From Candidatus Woesearchaeota archaeon (GTDB lineage Archaea > Nanobdellota > Nanobdellia > Woesearchaeales > SKIA01): 24,000 nt of DNA. Numbering within the stretch: the stretch's first letter is position 1; every line of letters starts with the position of its first letter. A program made the translations under genes and the position numbers. Of this stretch, positions 15,021 through 23,832 are shown piece by piece. The stretch is taken from assembly GCA_007116645.1 (NCBI GenBank), contig SKIA01000001.1, forward strand, positions 9,896 to 33,895, written 5' to 3'. The notes beneath the pieces were generated by a model. The model was given only the letters and a program-made list of their open reading frames with translations. It had not been told where the DNA came from and did no database searches.

Positions 15021-15458
15021 ATGTTCGGATTTCTTAAAGGAAAAATCACTGTTCAGCTACAAGGACACGAATACCGTCCTGGAGACACTATCACTGGAAA
15101 CGCACTGCTTAAACTCAAAAAGCCGCGTTCAGGACAACTCCACGTAAAGCTATACGCGCAAGACCACGTACGGTCAAGACGCGGAGGAAATAACAACCGA
15201 GAAGTGCGAACAGCGTACGAATTTTCGCAGCCCATCAGCGAAGAAAAAGAATTTACGGCACAAGAAATCACAGTTCCCATATCAATTACCATCCCCACGG
15301 ATGTTCATTCAGGAAAACTAGATGGTGGACTTGGCGCAGTCGTGCAAACAGCACAGCTGCTCACGCAAACGTCTTCTCAGAGAAAATGGTTTGTTCAGGT
15401 ACGATTCAAAACCAGTGGATTTGACATCACCAAGAAAACACAAATCAACGTAATATAA
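15021..15458 (+). CDS. Hypothetical beta-rich protein (possibly arrestin/Spo0M-like fold)
   Basis: The pattern KGKITVQLQGHEYRPGDTITGNALLKL resembles Spo0M/arrestin-N beta sandwiches, but weakly. The track start 15003 is only 7 nt from the TATA centre, so ATG 15021 is preferred. Confidence 0.5.
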   Translation: MFGFLKGKITVQLQGHEYRPGDTITGNALLKLKKPRSGQLHVKLYAQDHVRSRRGGNNNREVRTAYEFSQPISEEKEFTAQEITVPISITIPTDVHSGKLDGGLGAVVQTAQLLTQTSSQRKWFVQVRFKTSGFDITKKTQINVI

Positions 15459-15467
15459 CGTCCCCGG
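15441..15467 (+). repeat. Left imperfect direct repeat flanking the LAGLIDADG cassette
   Basis: caaatcaacgtaatataacgtccccgg here compares with caaatatgcgtaaaaaacgtccccgcc at 16310..16336. The shared blocks are caaat, cgtaa and aacgtccccg. Confidence 0.55.
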
Positions 15468-15516
15468 TGAGATTTATTTTTCATCAATAACCCACTGGAC
15501 ATCCACGCAAAAAACC

Positions 15517-15524
15517 CTTTTAAG
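15517..15524 (+). promoter_or_regulatory. TATA-like box for the LAGLIDADG gene
   Basis: cttttaag is centred 25 nt upstream of ATG 15546. Confidence 0.4.
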
Positions 15525-15545
15525 TCACAGAAGCGTGGCCCCACT

Positions 15546-16322
15546 ATGACTCTGCATCCAAGAGCGATTAGTGAGATCCAACAAGAGTACAAAAAAACAC
15601 AGTCGATACGTGCAGTTCACAGACAGCTAGGACACTCTCTGAGTACGATTCACAAGTATGTAAGGCAGAAATTTCCAAATACCACCCCTCAACAAAGGAT
15701 TACAGCTGTAAAAACAAAAAGCGAACTACTAACAGGAATCTACGTAGGGCTGTGGATGGGCGATGGAACCCAGTATACAGACAATGGAGCATACACAACC
15801 AAAATTTGTTCAAGTAAGACAAATATCGAACTAAACCAGTTTGTACAAAAACTCATAAAAACTCTTTTTGGGAAAAAAACCCACACAAATGTCCATCCGA
15901 AAAAGAACGACCTATATATACGGATGTATTCAAAATTCATCTACAACTACATTTACGCCTTTGTAGCAGTCCAGGAAAGTAAAACTCACACGGTGCAGCT
16001 AAAACAACACATTAGTAATTACTCAGAAAAATTCCTTCGGGGAGTGCTCCTGGGTCTGACGTTGAGTGACGGCTACGTCAAAAAAACACTCGTATTTAGG
16101 TCAACATCACACCAGCTTGCACTGAATTTTGCCAGTATACTAGAAAAGTACGGTTTCACACCAACCATAAGAAAAAAAGTACGAAAACAACCTAACTGGA
16201 ACGATATCACCACGGTACGACTAGGAATTTACGATACTAAAAACATAATTAGTTTGCTTAACAAAACAATACTAGAAACAGGCATATCAAAAATGAGCGT
16301 ACAGCAGCTCAAATATGCGTAA
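15546..16322 (+). CDS. Free-standing double-motif LAGLIDADG homing endonuclease with an N-terminal HTH
   Basis: There are two LAGLIDADG motifs, each with its acidic residue (LTGIYVGLWMGDGTQ and LRGVLLGLTLSDGYV), about 100 aa apart. The N-terminal SIRAVHRQLGHSLSTIHKYV looks like an HTH. The gene is not inside an intron or an intein. Confidence 0.8.
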   Translation: MTLHPRAISEIQQEYKKTQSIRAVHRQLGHSLSTIHKYVRQKFPNTTPQQRITAVKTKSELLTGIYVGLWMGDGTQYTDNGAYTTKICSSKTNIELNQFVQKLIKTLFGKKTHTNVHPKKNDLYIRMYSKFIYNYIYAFVAVQESKTHTVQLKQHISNYSEKFLRGVLLGLTLSDGYVKKTLVFRSTSHQLALNFASILEKYGFTPTIRKKVRKQPNWNDITTVRLGIYDTKNIISLLNKTILETGISKMSVQQLKYA

Positions 16323-16336
16323 AAAACGTCCCCGCC
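16310..16336 (+). repeat. Right imperfect direct repeat, overlapping the endonuclease stop codon and the 3' end of tRNA-Asn
   Basis: See 15441..15467. The block cgtccccg at 16327..16334 is the complement of the tRNA-Asn 3' acceptor strand plus discriminator. Confidence 0.55.
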
Positions 16337-16399
16337 CGGATTCGAACCGGGGACCTTGCGGTTAACAGCCGCACGCTATAGCCACTAAGCCACGGGGAC
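16327..16399 (-). tRNA. tRNA-Asn (anticodon GTT)
   Basis: On the reverse strand: acceptor GTCCCCG/CGGGGAC; anticodon stem TGCGG/CCGCA with loop CTGTTAA; T arm CCCGG-TTCGAAT-CCGGG; discriminator G. It is followed by T6 on its own strand. Confidence 0.9.
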
Positions 16400-16424
16400 A
16401 ATAGTACGAAGAGTTGCTCGTGCG

Positions 16425-16432
16425 TTTAAATA
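16425..16432 (-). promoter_or_regulatory. TATA-like box for tRNA-Asn
   Basis: tttaaata (tatttaaa on the minus strand) is centred about 29 nt upstream of the tRNA 5' end at 16399. Confidence 0.5.
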
Positions 16433-16501
16433 GGTTTTGTGCGGAAGGAACAGAAATACAAGTTCACTTCATTTATATGCATCAAATTACTTCATTACTG
16501 T

Positions 16502-17536
16502 ATGGGGAAGACTTTTCGCTGGCTTCGAAACGCTGGAATAGGCGCAGTCATAGCGACAGCAGGGCTTGGAGCGAACGCGTGGACCACTCCACCCGAGCAG
16601 AGCGTACGTGCCCAAGTAAAGAACGTCACCCTCGCTCCCGTACATGCGTATTTATCCCATAATTTAGAACAACAGTGGAGTGAGCGAGCAGAAAACCTAC
16701 AAACTGACACCACGACGCGAAACCCTGCACGGATCATTCTTGAAGAACGCGTAAAACCACTCAGAGAGAGCACGCCCGAACGCATCAGTCTTGATACCTA
16801 CACACAAGAAATAGCAGCTGTGCTTGACGAAGTACAAGACAACATTAACTGGGAATATGTTGAGAGAAGATGGTTTAACGATACCACCAGCACATATAAG
16901 ACGCCGCAACGACAAGTATCACTCGCCCAAACACTCATCAATCAAGCAAACGCCAAAGACCTACTCGCGACGGGCTATGCAGAGCACATGCCACGCATCC
17001 CTGATAGGATTTACAAACACATCGGAGGAACGCGGCTCCAAAGCAGTCTCGGATCGGCGCTGTTTGAAGCAAAACTACGTATTGCAGGAAGAGAGTACAC
17101 TGAGCTTGTGCTCTCACGCCACGATAGACTCGTATCCTTTGGGCCGTGGCAGATCACAGAACTAGCAGTAAATGGCAGCAAGGATGCGCTAGGAGGAGCA
17201 AATCTTATGGGACTTGCTCTTCCTGACAGCCTCCGACTGCCCAGCAAGATAGAATATGTTTCAGGAAGTGATCACGCAAAAGCAGCTGCGCTCATGCATC
17301 TATACAACACAGTACGATTGGTACGTTCAACAACCGAGGAAGAATTCCAACAGCTCGAACGATACGCAACCCACCCACAAGTACAACTGGGCATCATGCT
17401 TGGACACCACGCGCCAAGACGCGCTGAAGAGTCCATAAGAGACTTTCTTAAAGAACCCCAGTATGACCTCAGACACCATGCTGACAGCTCGCTTCACAGA
17501 CACATAGACCGATTGGAAGCATACCGCCCACGATAA
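16502..17536 (+). CDS. N-terminally anchored or secreted protein, unknown function (weak lysozyme-like/SLT resemblance)
   Basis: ATG 16502 is preferred over GTG 16439 because the TATA-like tttatat (16472..16478) lies about 27 nt upstream. The anchor is MGKTFRWLRNAGIGAVIATAGLGANAW. The segment TELVLS-x7-SFGPWQI...IMLGHHAPR loosely recalls the ES...GLMQ...AYNAG motifs. Confidence 0.55.
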   Translation: MGKTFRWLRNAGIGAVIATAGLGANAWTTPPEQSVRAQVKNVTLAPVHAYLSHNLEQQWSERAENLQTDTTTRNPARIILEERVKPLRESTPERISLDTYTQEIAAVLDEVQDNINWEYVERRWFNDTTSTYKTPQRQVSLAQTLINQANAKDLLATGYAEHMPRIPDRIYKHIGGTRLQSSLGSALFEAKLRIAGREYTELVLSRHDRLVSFGPWQITELAVNGSKDALGGANLMGLALPDSLRLPSKIEYVSGSDHAKAAALMHLYNTVRLVRSTTEEEFQQLERYATHPQVQLGIMLGHHAPRRAEESIRDFLKEPQYDLRHHADSSLHRHIDRLEAYRPR

Positions 17537-17567
17537 CACACATAAAGCGCGCAGTACTTCTTAGGAC

Positions 17568-18029
17568 ATGAACCAAAAGCTTTCATCCCTCACGCAACTC
17601 CTTGACGAAAAAGATATTTCTTATCGTGTCATAGACCTGGGAGGAGAAGCCGTTCGCACCCGCGACGTGCTCGATCGCGTAGATGTTGATCCAAAAGGAA
17701 TTGTAAAGACCATTATGTTTAAAGGAAAAAAGACAGGAGTGTTTTGTGTGTCTGTGCTCGGAAGTGATCGCGTCAGCTATCCTAAATTGCGAGCATTCCT
17801 TGACGATAAGATTTCAACGCTCAGGCCTGAAGAGATGAGAGAGCTCGGATGGGAACCCGGAGAGTGTTGTCCACTAAGCGTTCCCGGACCACTTTTTGTT
17901 GACGCAAGTGTTCTTTTGCGAGATGTCATCAATACCGGATCAGGTGACTTGCGATACGGCCTTGAGTATTCCGTGAGTGCTTTAAACGAGCTGCGAGATG
18001 ATATTACTGTTCTTGACGTTCGTGAGTAA
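17568..18029 (+). CDS. YbaK/ProX-type aminoacyl-tRNA trans-editing deacylase
   Basis: At 153 aa, KTIMFKGKKTGVFCVSVLGSDRVSYPKL and GECCPLSV follow the YbaK-domain pattern. Confidence 0.7.
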   Translation: MNQKLSSLTQLLDEKDISYRVIDLGGEAVRTRDVLDRVDVDPKGIVKTIMFKGKKTGVFCVSVLGSDRVSYPKLRAFLDDKISTLRPEEMRELGWEPGECCPLSVPGPLFVDASVLLRDVINTGSGDLRYGLEYSVSALNELRDDITVLDVRE

Positions 18030-18179
18030 TACTTACATACCAAAGGAAATGTTTGTTTGATAATGCTTAACGCGAGCTATTATTGGTTTTAGGCCATTCG
18101 ACCTAGATCCACTGCTCGCAATTCATTGTTTTTCTGGCCGTACGTGGTCTAGGTTTTGCTCGCTAGGAGAACAAAAAAC

Positions 18180-18589
18180 ATGGAACACACAATACGGCGC
18201 ATTACGCCACAAGAAGCAAACGATGTCGCACGTCTTATAGAACTTGCAGTACGAGATGAACGAGTACGACAACGAAAAACACTTACAGAGCTGCAACACT
18301 GCAACGAATGACTGCACCCGTGCTCCACGGATACGCAAAAAGCACCGCAGGAGTGTACGTAGCAGAAACCGAAGCGGACAAAGTAGGCATAGGAGTCGTG
18401 CCTGTGCGAAGTGGCAACGGAATCATTTATGTCAAGCCAGAGCTCAGAAGAAGCGGCATCGGCACAGGACTGCTTGACGCAATCAATAATGCTCTTGAAC
18501 TGGCCGAAGAGCCTCTCATCCATCCAGACAGAGTCTTTGGACACGTAGTACCGTACGAGAGCAAGTTAGCATTAAGTGGTGGCTGGTAA
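18180..18589 (+). pseudogene. GNAT N-acetyltransferase split by a frameshift into ORFs 18180..18311 (43 aa) and 18308..18589 (93 aa)
   Basis: The N piece MEHTIRRITPQEANDVARLIELA looks like GNAT beta1-alpha1. The C piece carries motif A, YVKPELRRSGIGTGLLDAI. The pieces join at an ATGA overlap (18308..18311). An A5 run lies at 18275..18279. GGAG lies 10 nt upstream of ATG 18180. Confidence 0.65.
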
Positions 18590-18590
18590 G

Positions 18591-19175
18591 TCAGAAGAGT
18601 TCGTGCTGGATAAGCCGAGTTGGATACGGAATGTTTCGCGAGAAGCTGCTCCAGTAGTCAGCAATCCGGCTCGCAAATCCTTGGGCAGTTCTGACAGTGC
18701 ACATTTCAGAAGGAAGCCCTGCGCGCAGTCTGTTGTTGTGGTTTCGGCGAGAAGACTGAAGCTTGATTGGGTCTTTCTCAAAACGAGTTAGAATATGATT
18801 TTCGAGCTCATACCGACAGATCGCTCTTCGTTGGCGACGAGTGTTTGAGGGATACGGGTTGAGTAAGTCCATCTCTTCACGATTACGCGGTTGTTCTCGC
18901 CAAGGCATGATTCGCCTTCTTCCAAGTGAATGAGCAATATTCATCACGTACTGCATGTCTTCTTGGAGCAAATCATGGTACTTGTGGCGTCTCATATGCA
19001 TGAAGTTTAGTCCATACAATACAGGAAGTAGTTCTTCGTTAATGTTGAGACAGTCCACTAGAGGGCTGACGGGAAAATTTCTTAACCCTTGGTAAATATC
19101 ACGTAAAACCTCTTTTTCCAATGAACTCAATAAGATATGCTCTGGACGTAGTATTGGACGAATTAGTGCAACCAT
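18591..19175 (-). CDS. Arg-rich orphan protein (194 aa)
   Basis: It overlaps the upstream ORF by 13 nt, so it is probably in the same operon. I recognise no domain. Confidence 0.5.
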   Translation of the reverse strand: MVALIRPILRPEHILLSSLEKEVLRDIYQGLRNFPVSPLVDCLNINEELLPVLYGLNFMHMRRHKYHDLLQEDMQYVMNIAHSLGRRRIMPWREQPRNREEMDLLNPYPSNTRRQRRAICRYELENHILTRFEKDPIKLQSSRRNHNNRLRAGLPSEMCTVRTAQGFASRIADYWSSFSRNIPYPTRLIQHELF

Positions 19176-19792
19176 GGGAACGCGGCGATTGGCACGCGAG
19201 GAGTCGTTGGAGCGCTAGACTGCGGCGTACCAATTGACAGTGGTTGCAGTCGCACGGTTTGTGTGGATGGGCAGATTAGAATTATTTGTCCAGTTGATTC
19301 CAGCACCGAACAAGTGTTTGTTTGTTGCGGATTAGGTATTGTGATAGGTGTTACTTGGACAGGCGGTTGATACGGTGGGTAGTACGGAGGCGTATATGTT
19401 GGTGGGCGGTAGTGCGACACAGGTTCGTACCAGACGAGCCGGTGACGATTGTCTGAGCGTCTTGCACCAATGACATACTCTCGTCTTTCAACAAGTGGAA
19501 CATCATCATGCCATTGACCCCAACCGTCTCTGTATCGTGGAAATGTTAACACAACAGTGCTTGATGGATTGCCTCGGATACGGTCGCGAACGCGCAGAGT
19601 TACTTCTACACGCGGATCAGAGCCTCCAAGGCGCTGAATTCTCGTTACTTCTCCACGAAACACGATGTCTGCTCCGTCATAGTAGCCGTGATGATACGGT
19701 TGGTGAGGATGATACGAGCCATAGTGCCACGCCGAAGTCATTGGCAGAGCCAAGAACAAGGCTGCGATGAGGAGTGCTCCGAAGTATTTCAT
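19163..19792 (-). CDS. Secreted His/Tyr/Pro-rich orphan protein (209 aa)
   Basis: ATG 19792 gives the signal peptide MKYFGALLIAALFLALPMTSA. A TATA-like taaatatataaat (revcomp of 19814..19826) lies about 28 nt upstream. The track start at 19885 is a TTG inside the AT-rich promoter. Confidence 0.6.
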   Translation of the reverse strand: MKYFGALLIAALFLALPMTSAWHYGSYHPHQPYHHGYYDGADIVFRGEVTRIQRLGGSDPRVEVTLRVRDRIRGNPSSTVVLTFPRYRDGWGQWHDDVPLVERREYVIGARRSDNRHRLVWYEPVSHYRPPTYTPPYYPPYQPPVQVTPITIPNPQQTNTCSVLESTGQIILICPSTQTVRLQPLSIGTPQSSAPTTPRVPIAAFPWLH

Positions 19793-19918
19793 GCTCTTTG
19801 GAAAGAAGAACGTATTTATATATTTACTGCTCAGTGACAATAGGTTATTTAAATTATTCTTCACTATAAAGTAACTACTAAACAAAACTTATTTAATCTC
19901 AATGCACTTACAGATAGC

Positions 19919-21079
19919 GTGACACGAGACACAAGTACAATGAAAGTAGGTGAAAAACCGGATGAAGCAACAAATATCCAGTTCTACCTACTCAATCAGC
20001 CTGATGCAAACATTGATACTAGGCCAGTCAGACGAATAAGTCATGGAGAAGTGTTTGACAGCATGTATGGAGGGCTTGAGGAAGTCATTAGGCACAATAA
20101 TTTCACCAAGCGCAAATTAGGAACTAGAATCGAAACACCGTACTGGAAAGAAGAGCGAGCAGAAGAAGAAGAATCCCTCATGCGCGAATGGTACGCAGGA
20201 GTACCAGAAATCGCTGCTAAAGTACCTGACAAGAACGGAGGCTCCCAAATAATGCGTGTACGTGTACGAGAAGACCTTGAATTCACTAACCATCCAAACC
20301 CTGAACGTAGAGGCTTAAGAATTCGACAACCCAACATCGTATTTCTCGAAGGCGATGACTCCACACTCATATTTAGAGAAGCAAGAACGTACCCTCCAAA
20401 CACAAGAAAGCAAATCGGAAAAAGCATGGGAAGAACCACTGACATGCACTGGCTTCACTCATTCGATAAGCCAGATGGAGGGGAAATCCGTCGAAACATT
20501 CTTGACCGACAATCAAGAAAACCACGGGCATATATACTCCCTGAACCGTTTCTACATGCAGCTCTTGAAGCAATATACAGCGAGTCAGACCTGCCCAGAA
20601 TAACCCCTCACGTCAGGTATGTGGGTGTAAACGAAGAGAGAAGTAGTCTCTTTTCAATCAGGCCCTTTCTCCATCCAGCAGCAGAAAATCCTGTAACAGA
20701 ACTAACCGTAGCACAATACATAGGAACACTCCAAGGATTAGGCATTCGAGCAAGCGAAGACAGGCAAAGAGCTCACTACTGTTGGCAACCAGCACTATCA
20801 GAAAGAGGGTCGCGAGTTCTGATTGACATAGACCCAGACCAATATTTCGCTCTACATAATAATCCTCAAGAAATGAACAGAGATAAAGAAGATTTCATCA
20901 GGAATATGGGCAACATAGCGCCAATGATCGCAAAGTCAGAAAGCGTTGAAACCGAAATTCAACGCGCTAAACAAAGAGCCACACCATACGCTGCACGACT
21001 TCTACACCACATTCCCTCAGACATCCAAGAAGTAGGTGCACAACTCATACAACAAACGTATCGAGAACAACTACTCTAA
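19919..21079 (+). CDS. Orphan protein (386 aa)
   Basis: It is a long ORF with protein-like composition and no recognisable domain. The TATA-like acttatttaatc (19887..19898) lies about 26 nt upstream of GTG 19919. ATG 19940 is an alternative start. Confidence 0.6.
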   Translation: MTRDTSTMKVGEKPDEATNIQFYLLNQPDANIDTRPVRRISHGEVFDSMYGGLEEVIRHNNFTKRKLGTRIETPYWKEERAEEEESLMREWYAGVPEIAAKVPDKNGGSQIMRVRVREDLEFTNHPNPERRGLRIRQPNIVFLEGDDSTLIFREARTYPPNTRKQIGKSMGRTTDMHWLHSFDKPDGGEIRRNILDRQSRKPRAYILPEPFLHAALEAIYSESDLPRITPHVRYVGVNEERSSLFSIRPFLHPAAENPVTELTVAQYIGTLQGLGIRASEDRQRAHYCWQPALSERGSRVLIDIDPDQYFALHNNPQEMNRDKEDFIRNMGNIAPMIAKSESVETEIQRAKQRATPYAARLLHHIPSDIQEVGAQLIQQTYREQLL

Positions 21080-22176
21080 TCAAGCCAGCTATCTGGATTC
21101 TTGAGCTTTTGCGGCAAGTAATCGCTGATAACAAAATTTAGGCCGTGCTTTGCAAGCGCTTGCTGTTCAGCACGAACACCCATCTTAAGCTGCTTTTTGA
21201 GCGCTTCTTGCCATCGCTTGTGGTGGGCAACGAACGGATCGTTTTTGAGACCGTCTTTTAGGCGCTTAATATCAACATCCTTGAGTGGGTGTGATGGCAA
21301 GTCATATTGTTCAATATCATCAGGTGTGATGCCAAGGTATTTGGCGTTTGGAACACAAAAGAACTCGTTGACGTGAGCAGCATTTCCAGAACCCACAGTA
21401 AGCGTACGATAAATGTTGAGCATTCCGTACGGATCGCCGTCACAAAACACGTAAACGGGCAACTTGTTTTGGTCCGATAAGAGACGAATAAAACGCCGTG
21501 TTGCACGAGAAGGAACACCCTTCATACTAATCAAGATGCAATCCTCTTTGTTGTAGAATTTATGTTTGACCAGACGTTGGAACATACCTGCGGTCTCTAT
21601 TGCAATAACGAATTTTGCTTTGGTCTCGAATTTTAGGTGCTCAACTTGTGACGGAATACTGTACGCGCCTGAACCGAATTTTTCACAGTCAATACGCAAT
21701 TCTTCGCCCGTGTCTGCATCTCTATCAATGATAATGAGTTTTCCTGCAACAGCACCGCCGTCTTCTTCAGGAATAAAACCGAGTTGTTCTCGTTGAAGAC
21801 GAAGCATTGCCTCAATGTCTTCCATGACCGAGTCTGACTCTGGTTGCTCGTCAAATTTTGCATCGCCCCAGTTTTTAGAAACGTAGTACGCTTCTCTTTT
21901 CGTCATGATATCATCAGTTTGAACTACCTTTTTCGCTTCGTTTAACAGCAAAACGGTTTGAGCAAACGTCTTGACAGAGGATGCATTCAGCTTTCGTTGT
22001 TTTTCTGAATCGCCAATCACAAAATGACCTTTTTTAGGGTCGTAATCAACGTTTGAAAGTGAGCGAACAGGCGTTTTGAGTACGGGAGCGCGAGCTTTGT
22101 GAGCAGATTCTTTAATGTGCAAAGCTACGCCTTGAATCTTCTTGATTATATCTTCATTCGTCATCTCTTGGCTCAT
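21076..22176 (-). CDS. top6A: DNA topoisomerase VI subunit A (Spo11 homologue)
   Basis: It has a winged-helix region containing the Tyr ([12 protein letters not shown]), the Toprim glutamate ([13 protein letters not shown]) and the DxD motif ([13 protein letters not shown]). Confidence 0.95.
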   Translation of the reverse strand: MSQEMTNEDIIKKIQGVALHIKESAHKARAPVLKTPVRSLSNVDYDPKKGHFVIGDSEKQRKLNASSVKTFAQTVLLLNEAKKVVQTDDIMTKREAYYVSKNWGDAKFDEQPESDSVMEDIEAMLRLQREQLGFIPEEDGGAVAGKLIIIDRDADTGEELRIDCEKFGSGAYSIPSQVEHLKFETKAKFVIAIETAGMFQRLVKHKFYNKEDCILISMKGVPSRATRRFIRLLSDQNKLPVYVFCDGDPYGMLNIYRTLTVGSGNAAHVNEFFCVPNAKYLGITPDDIEQYDLPSHPLKDVDIKRLKDGLKNDPFVAHHKRWQEALKKQLKMGVRAEQQALAKHGLNFVISDYLPQKLKNPDSWLD

Positions 22177-23818
22177 CGTCGTCCTCCCGTCCTATTTTTG
22201 CAAACTCTTCGTCATATTCAGTATTCTTTGTAGGGTCAAACTCTACGTTATCAAGCTTTCCACGGTGCTTTTCTAATAAGCCAATCAAGTTTCTTTCTAA
22301 GACTTCGTGGTCTGCACCGTCAAGATCAAGGATTTCTGTCACACCAGAGGCAAGGTGCGGAATGTATTTTTCAATGTACGAGCGCTTTTTGAGCTCTTGC
22401 TTGATTTTTTGTTTTTTCTTTGTGTACTTTTGCAGTTCACGACCAGCCTCTTGCACCGCAAGCTTCATCTCTTTGATGATGTCATCATAGTGCGCCATCG
22501 CTTCTTTTGCTTCTGACGTAAACGGAACCCACACAGACGCCATGTGCACCAGCACGACCGCTGGTCCACGAGGAAGATTGTTTCCTGATTGATCAAGACC
22601 GTAGGATTTCCAGTTTGTCTCAGCAACTGCTTTTGTAACCGCACACGCTCCTTGCTGGTAGAGAAGAGGAACTTTATTTGCAAAGCGCATCACATCAACT
22701 GAGCCATCGCCTTTAAGGTCTCCACCGTACGCAATCGCTGCTTCAATAACAAACGGGTTTCCGCGGTACACTGCAGGCTTTCTTGAGATGGCAGTGTAAA
22801 ATTCTGCGTTAATCTCTTTTTTGAGACCCTTAAGTAAAAGTTCTTCGCCCATAGGACTAATACACGTCGTGGGCGGAGCCATGATTTTTGTGTCACGGAT
22901 ACCGCGCATCATGTCTTCTGCTTGCTGGCGAGAAACCGCTTTGGGTTTCACCTTAGGCGATAGACGTGCTTTTTCTAGGATTTCGTTTGCTACACTGTTT
23001 GATACTCTACTAAACTCTTCTCGCAAAAACGCTAGAACAGTTTTTTCTTGGGTGTAGCCAAGCATCTTGATAAGCATACCAAGCTCGATACCGTACGGGT
23101 GCGGTTTGATCTCTTCTGGAGTGGGAGGGGCTACTTGTGATGCGCGAGGAAAAAAGTATTGTTCTCCGCGAGGATTAGCGTAGATAAGTTGTAAGTGCGG
23201 GTTAAGAATCGCGGTTTGTTTGAGGTATTCGTCAACGCTTTGCTTACCCTTTGCATAACTTGCTTCAAGGTCGATCTCAATTCTAGTTCCACGCTCTTTT
23301 GACCACTCTTTTTCTTCTTCTAAAACGATTTCTGCAGCGTTCTTTTTCGTATCAATTTTTAGCTCAAAATAATTAGCTGGCTTATTCGGTGCGGTCTTTG
23401 ACGTGACTTTTGCAGGACGGCCCGTCGTGAGTTGTCCGTACATGACAGACGCTGAGATACCAATACCTTGCTGACCGCGAGACTGTGCCATCTTAAAAAA
23501 CTTTGACCCGTACAAGAGTTTTGCGAAAATCTTAGGAATCTGTGCTTTGACAATACCTGGTCCGTTGTCTTCGACAATGATGCGAAACCGATCATTGCCC
23601 ATGTCGACAATCTCAACTTCAAGTTCAGGAAGGATGCCTGCTTCTTCGCATGCGTCAAGCGAGTTATCAACTGCTTCTTTGACAGTTGTAAGAAGTGCTT
23701 TTCGTTGATTATCAAATCCTAATAGGTGCCTGTTTTTCTCAAAAAACTCGGCAATACTAATTTCTCGTTGCTGTGTTGCGAGTTCCTCTGCTGTTGCCAC
23801 AAATACTTTGGAAGACAC
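22154..23818 (-). CDS. top6B: DNA topoisomerase VI subunit B (GHKL ATPase)
   Basis: It has the [10 protein letters not shown]-terminus, the Bergerat N box EAVDNSLDA, the G1 box DNGPGI and the G2 box GQQGIG. A transducer domain and an acidic tail follow. It overlaps top6A by 23 nt and uses a GTG start. Confidence 0.95.
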   Translation of the reverse strand: MSSKVFVATAEELATQQREISIAEFFEKNRHLLGFDNQRKALLTTVKEAVDNSLDACEEAGILPELEVEIVDMGNDRFRIIVEDNGPGIVKAQIPKIFAKLLYGSKFFKMAQSRGQQGIGISASVMYGQLTTGRPAKVTSKTAPNKPANYFELKIDTKKNAAEIVLEEEKEWSKERGTRIEIDLEASYAKGKQSVDEYLKQTAILNPHLQLIYANPRGEQYFFPRASQVAPPTPEEIKPHPYGIELGMLIKMLGYTQEKTVLAFLREEFSRVSNSVANEILEKARLSPKVKPKAVSRQQAEDMMRGIRDTKIMAPPTTCISPMGEELLLKGLKKEINAEFYTAISRKPAVYRGNPFVIEAAIAYGGDLKGDGSVDVMRFANKVPLLYQQGACAVTKAVAETNWKSYGLDQSGNNLPRGPAVVLVHMASVWVPFTSEAKEAMAHYDDIIKEMKLAVQEAGRELQKYTKKKQKIKQELKKRSYIEKYIPHLASGVTEILDLDGADHEVLERNLIGLLEKHRGKLDNVEFDPTKNTEYDEEFAKIGREDDDEPRDDE

Positions 23819-23832
23819 GTGGTTTTTAAGCG

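Noticed and set aside
12044-16399. Introns, split or permuted tRNA halves in the three tRNA genes
   Set aside because: All three fold as continuous canonical cloverleaves with 7-nt anticodon loops. The orphan tRNA-Cys 3' fragment has no matching 5' half nearby.
18092-18163. Two 28-nt segments (18092..18119 and 18136..18163), both starting GGCC, containing CTAG and ending TGCTCGC, in the 150-nt gap before the GNAT gene; considered as a possible ncRNA or structured leader
   Set aside because: Only 16 of 28 positions match without gaps. I could find no C/D or H/ACA boxes and no convincing stable fold. This is too weak to call.
18149-18544. A 131-aa minus-strand ORF, plus the 77-aa plus-strand ORF at 18244..18477
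   Set aside because: They are antisense or out of frame relative to the GNAT motif A region. Their composition is Cys/Ser/Arg-rich and they show no motifs.
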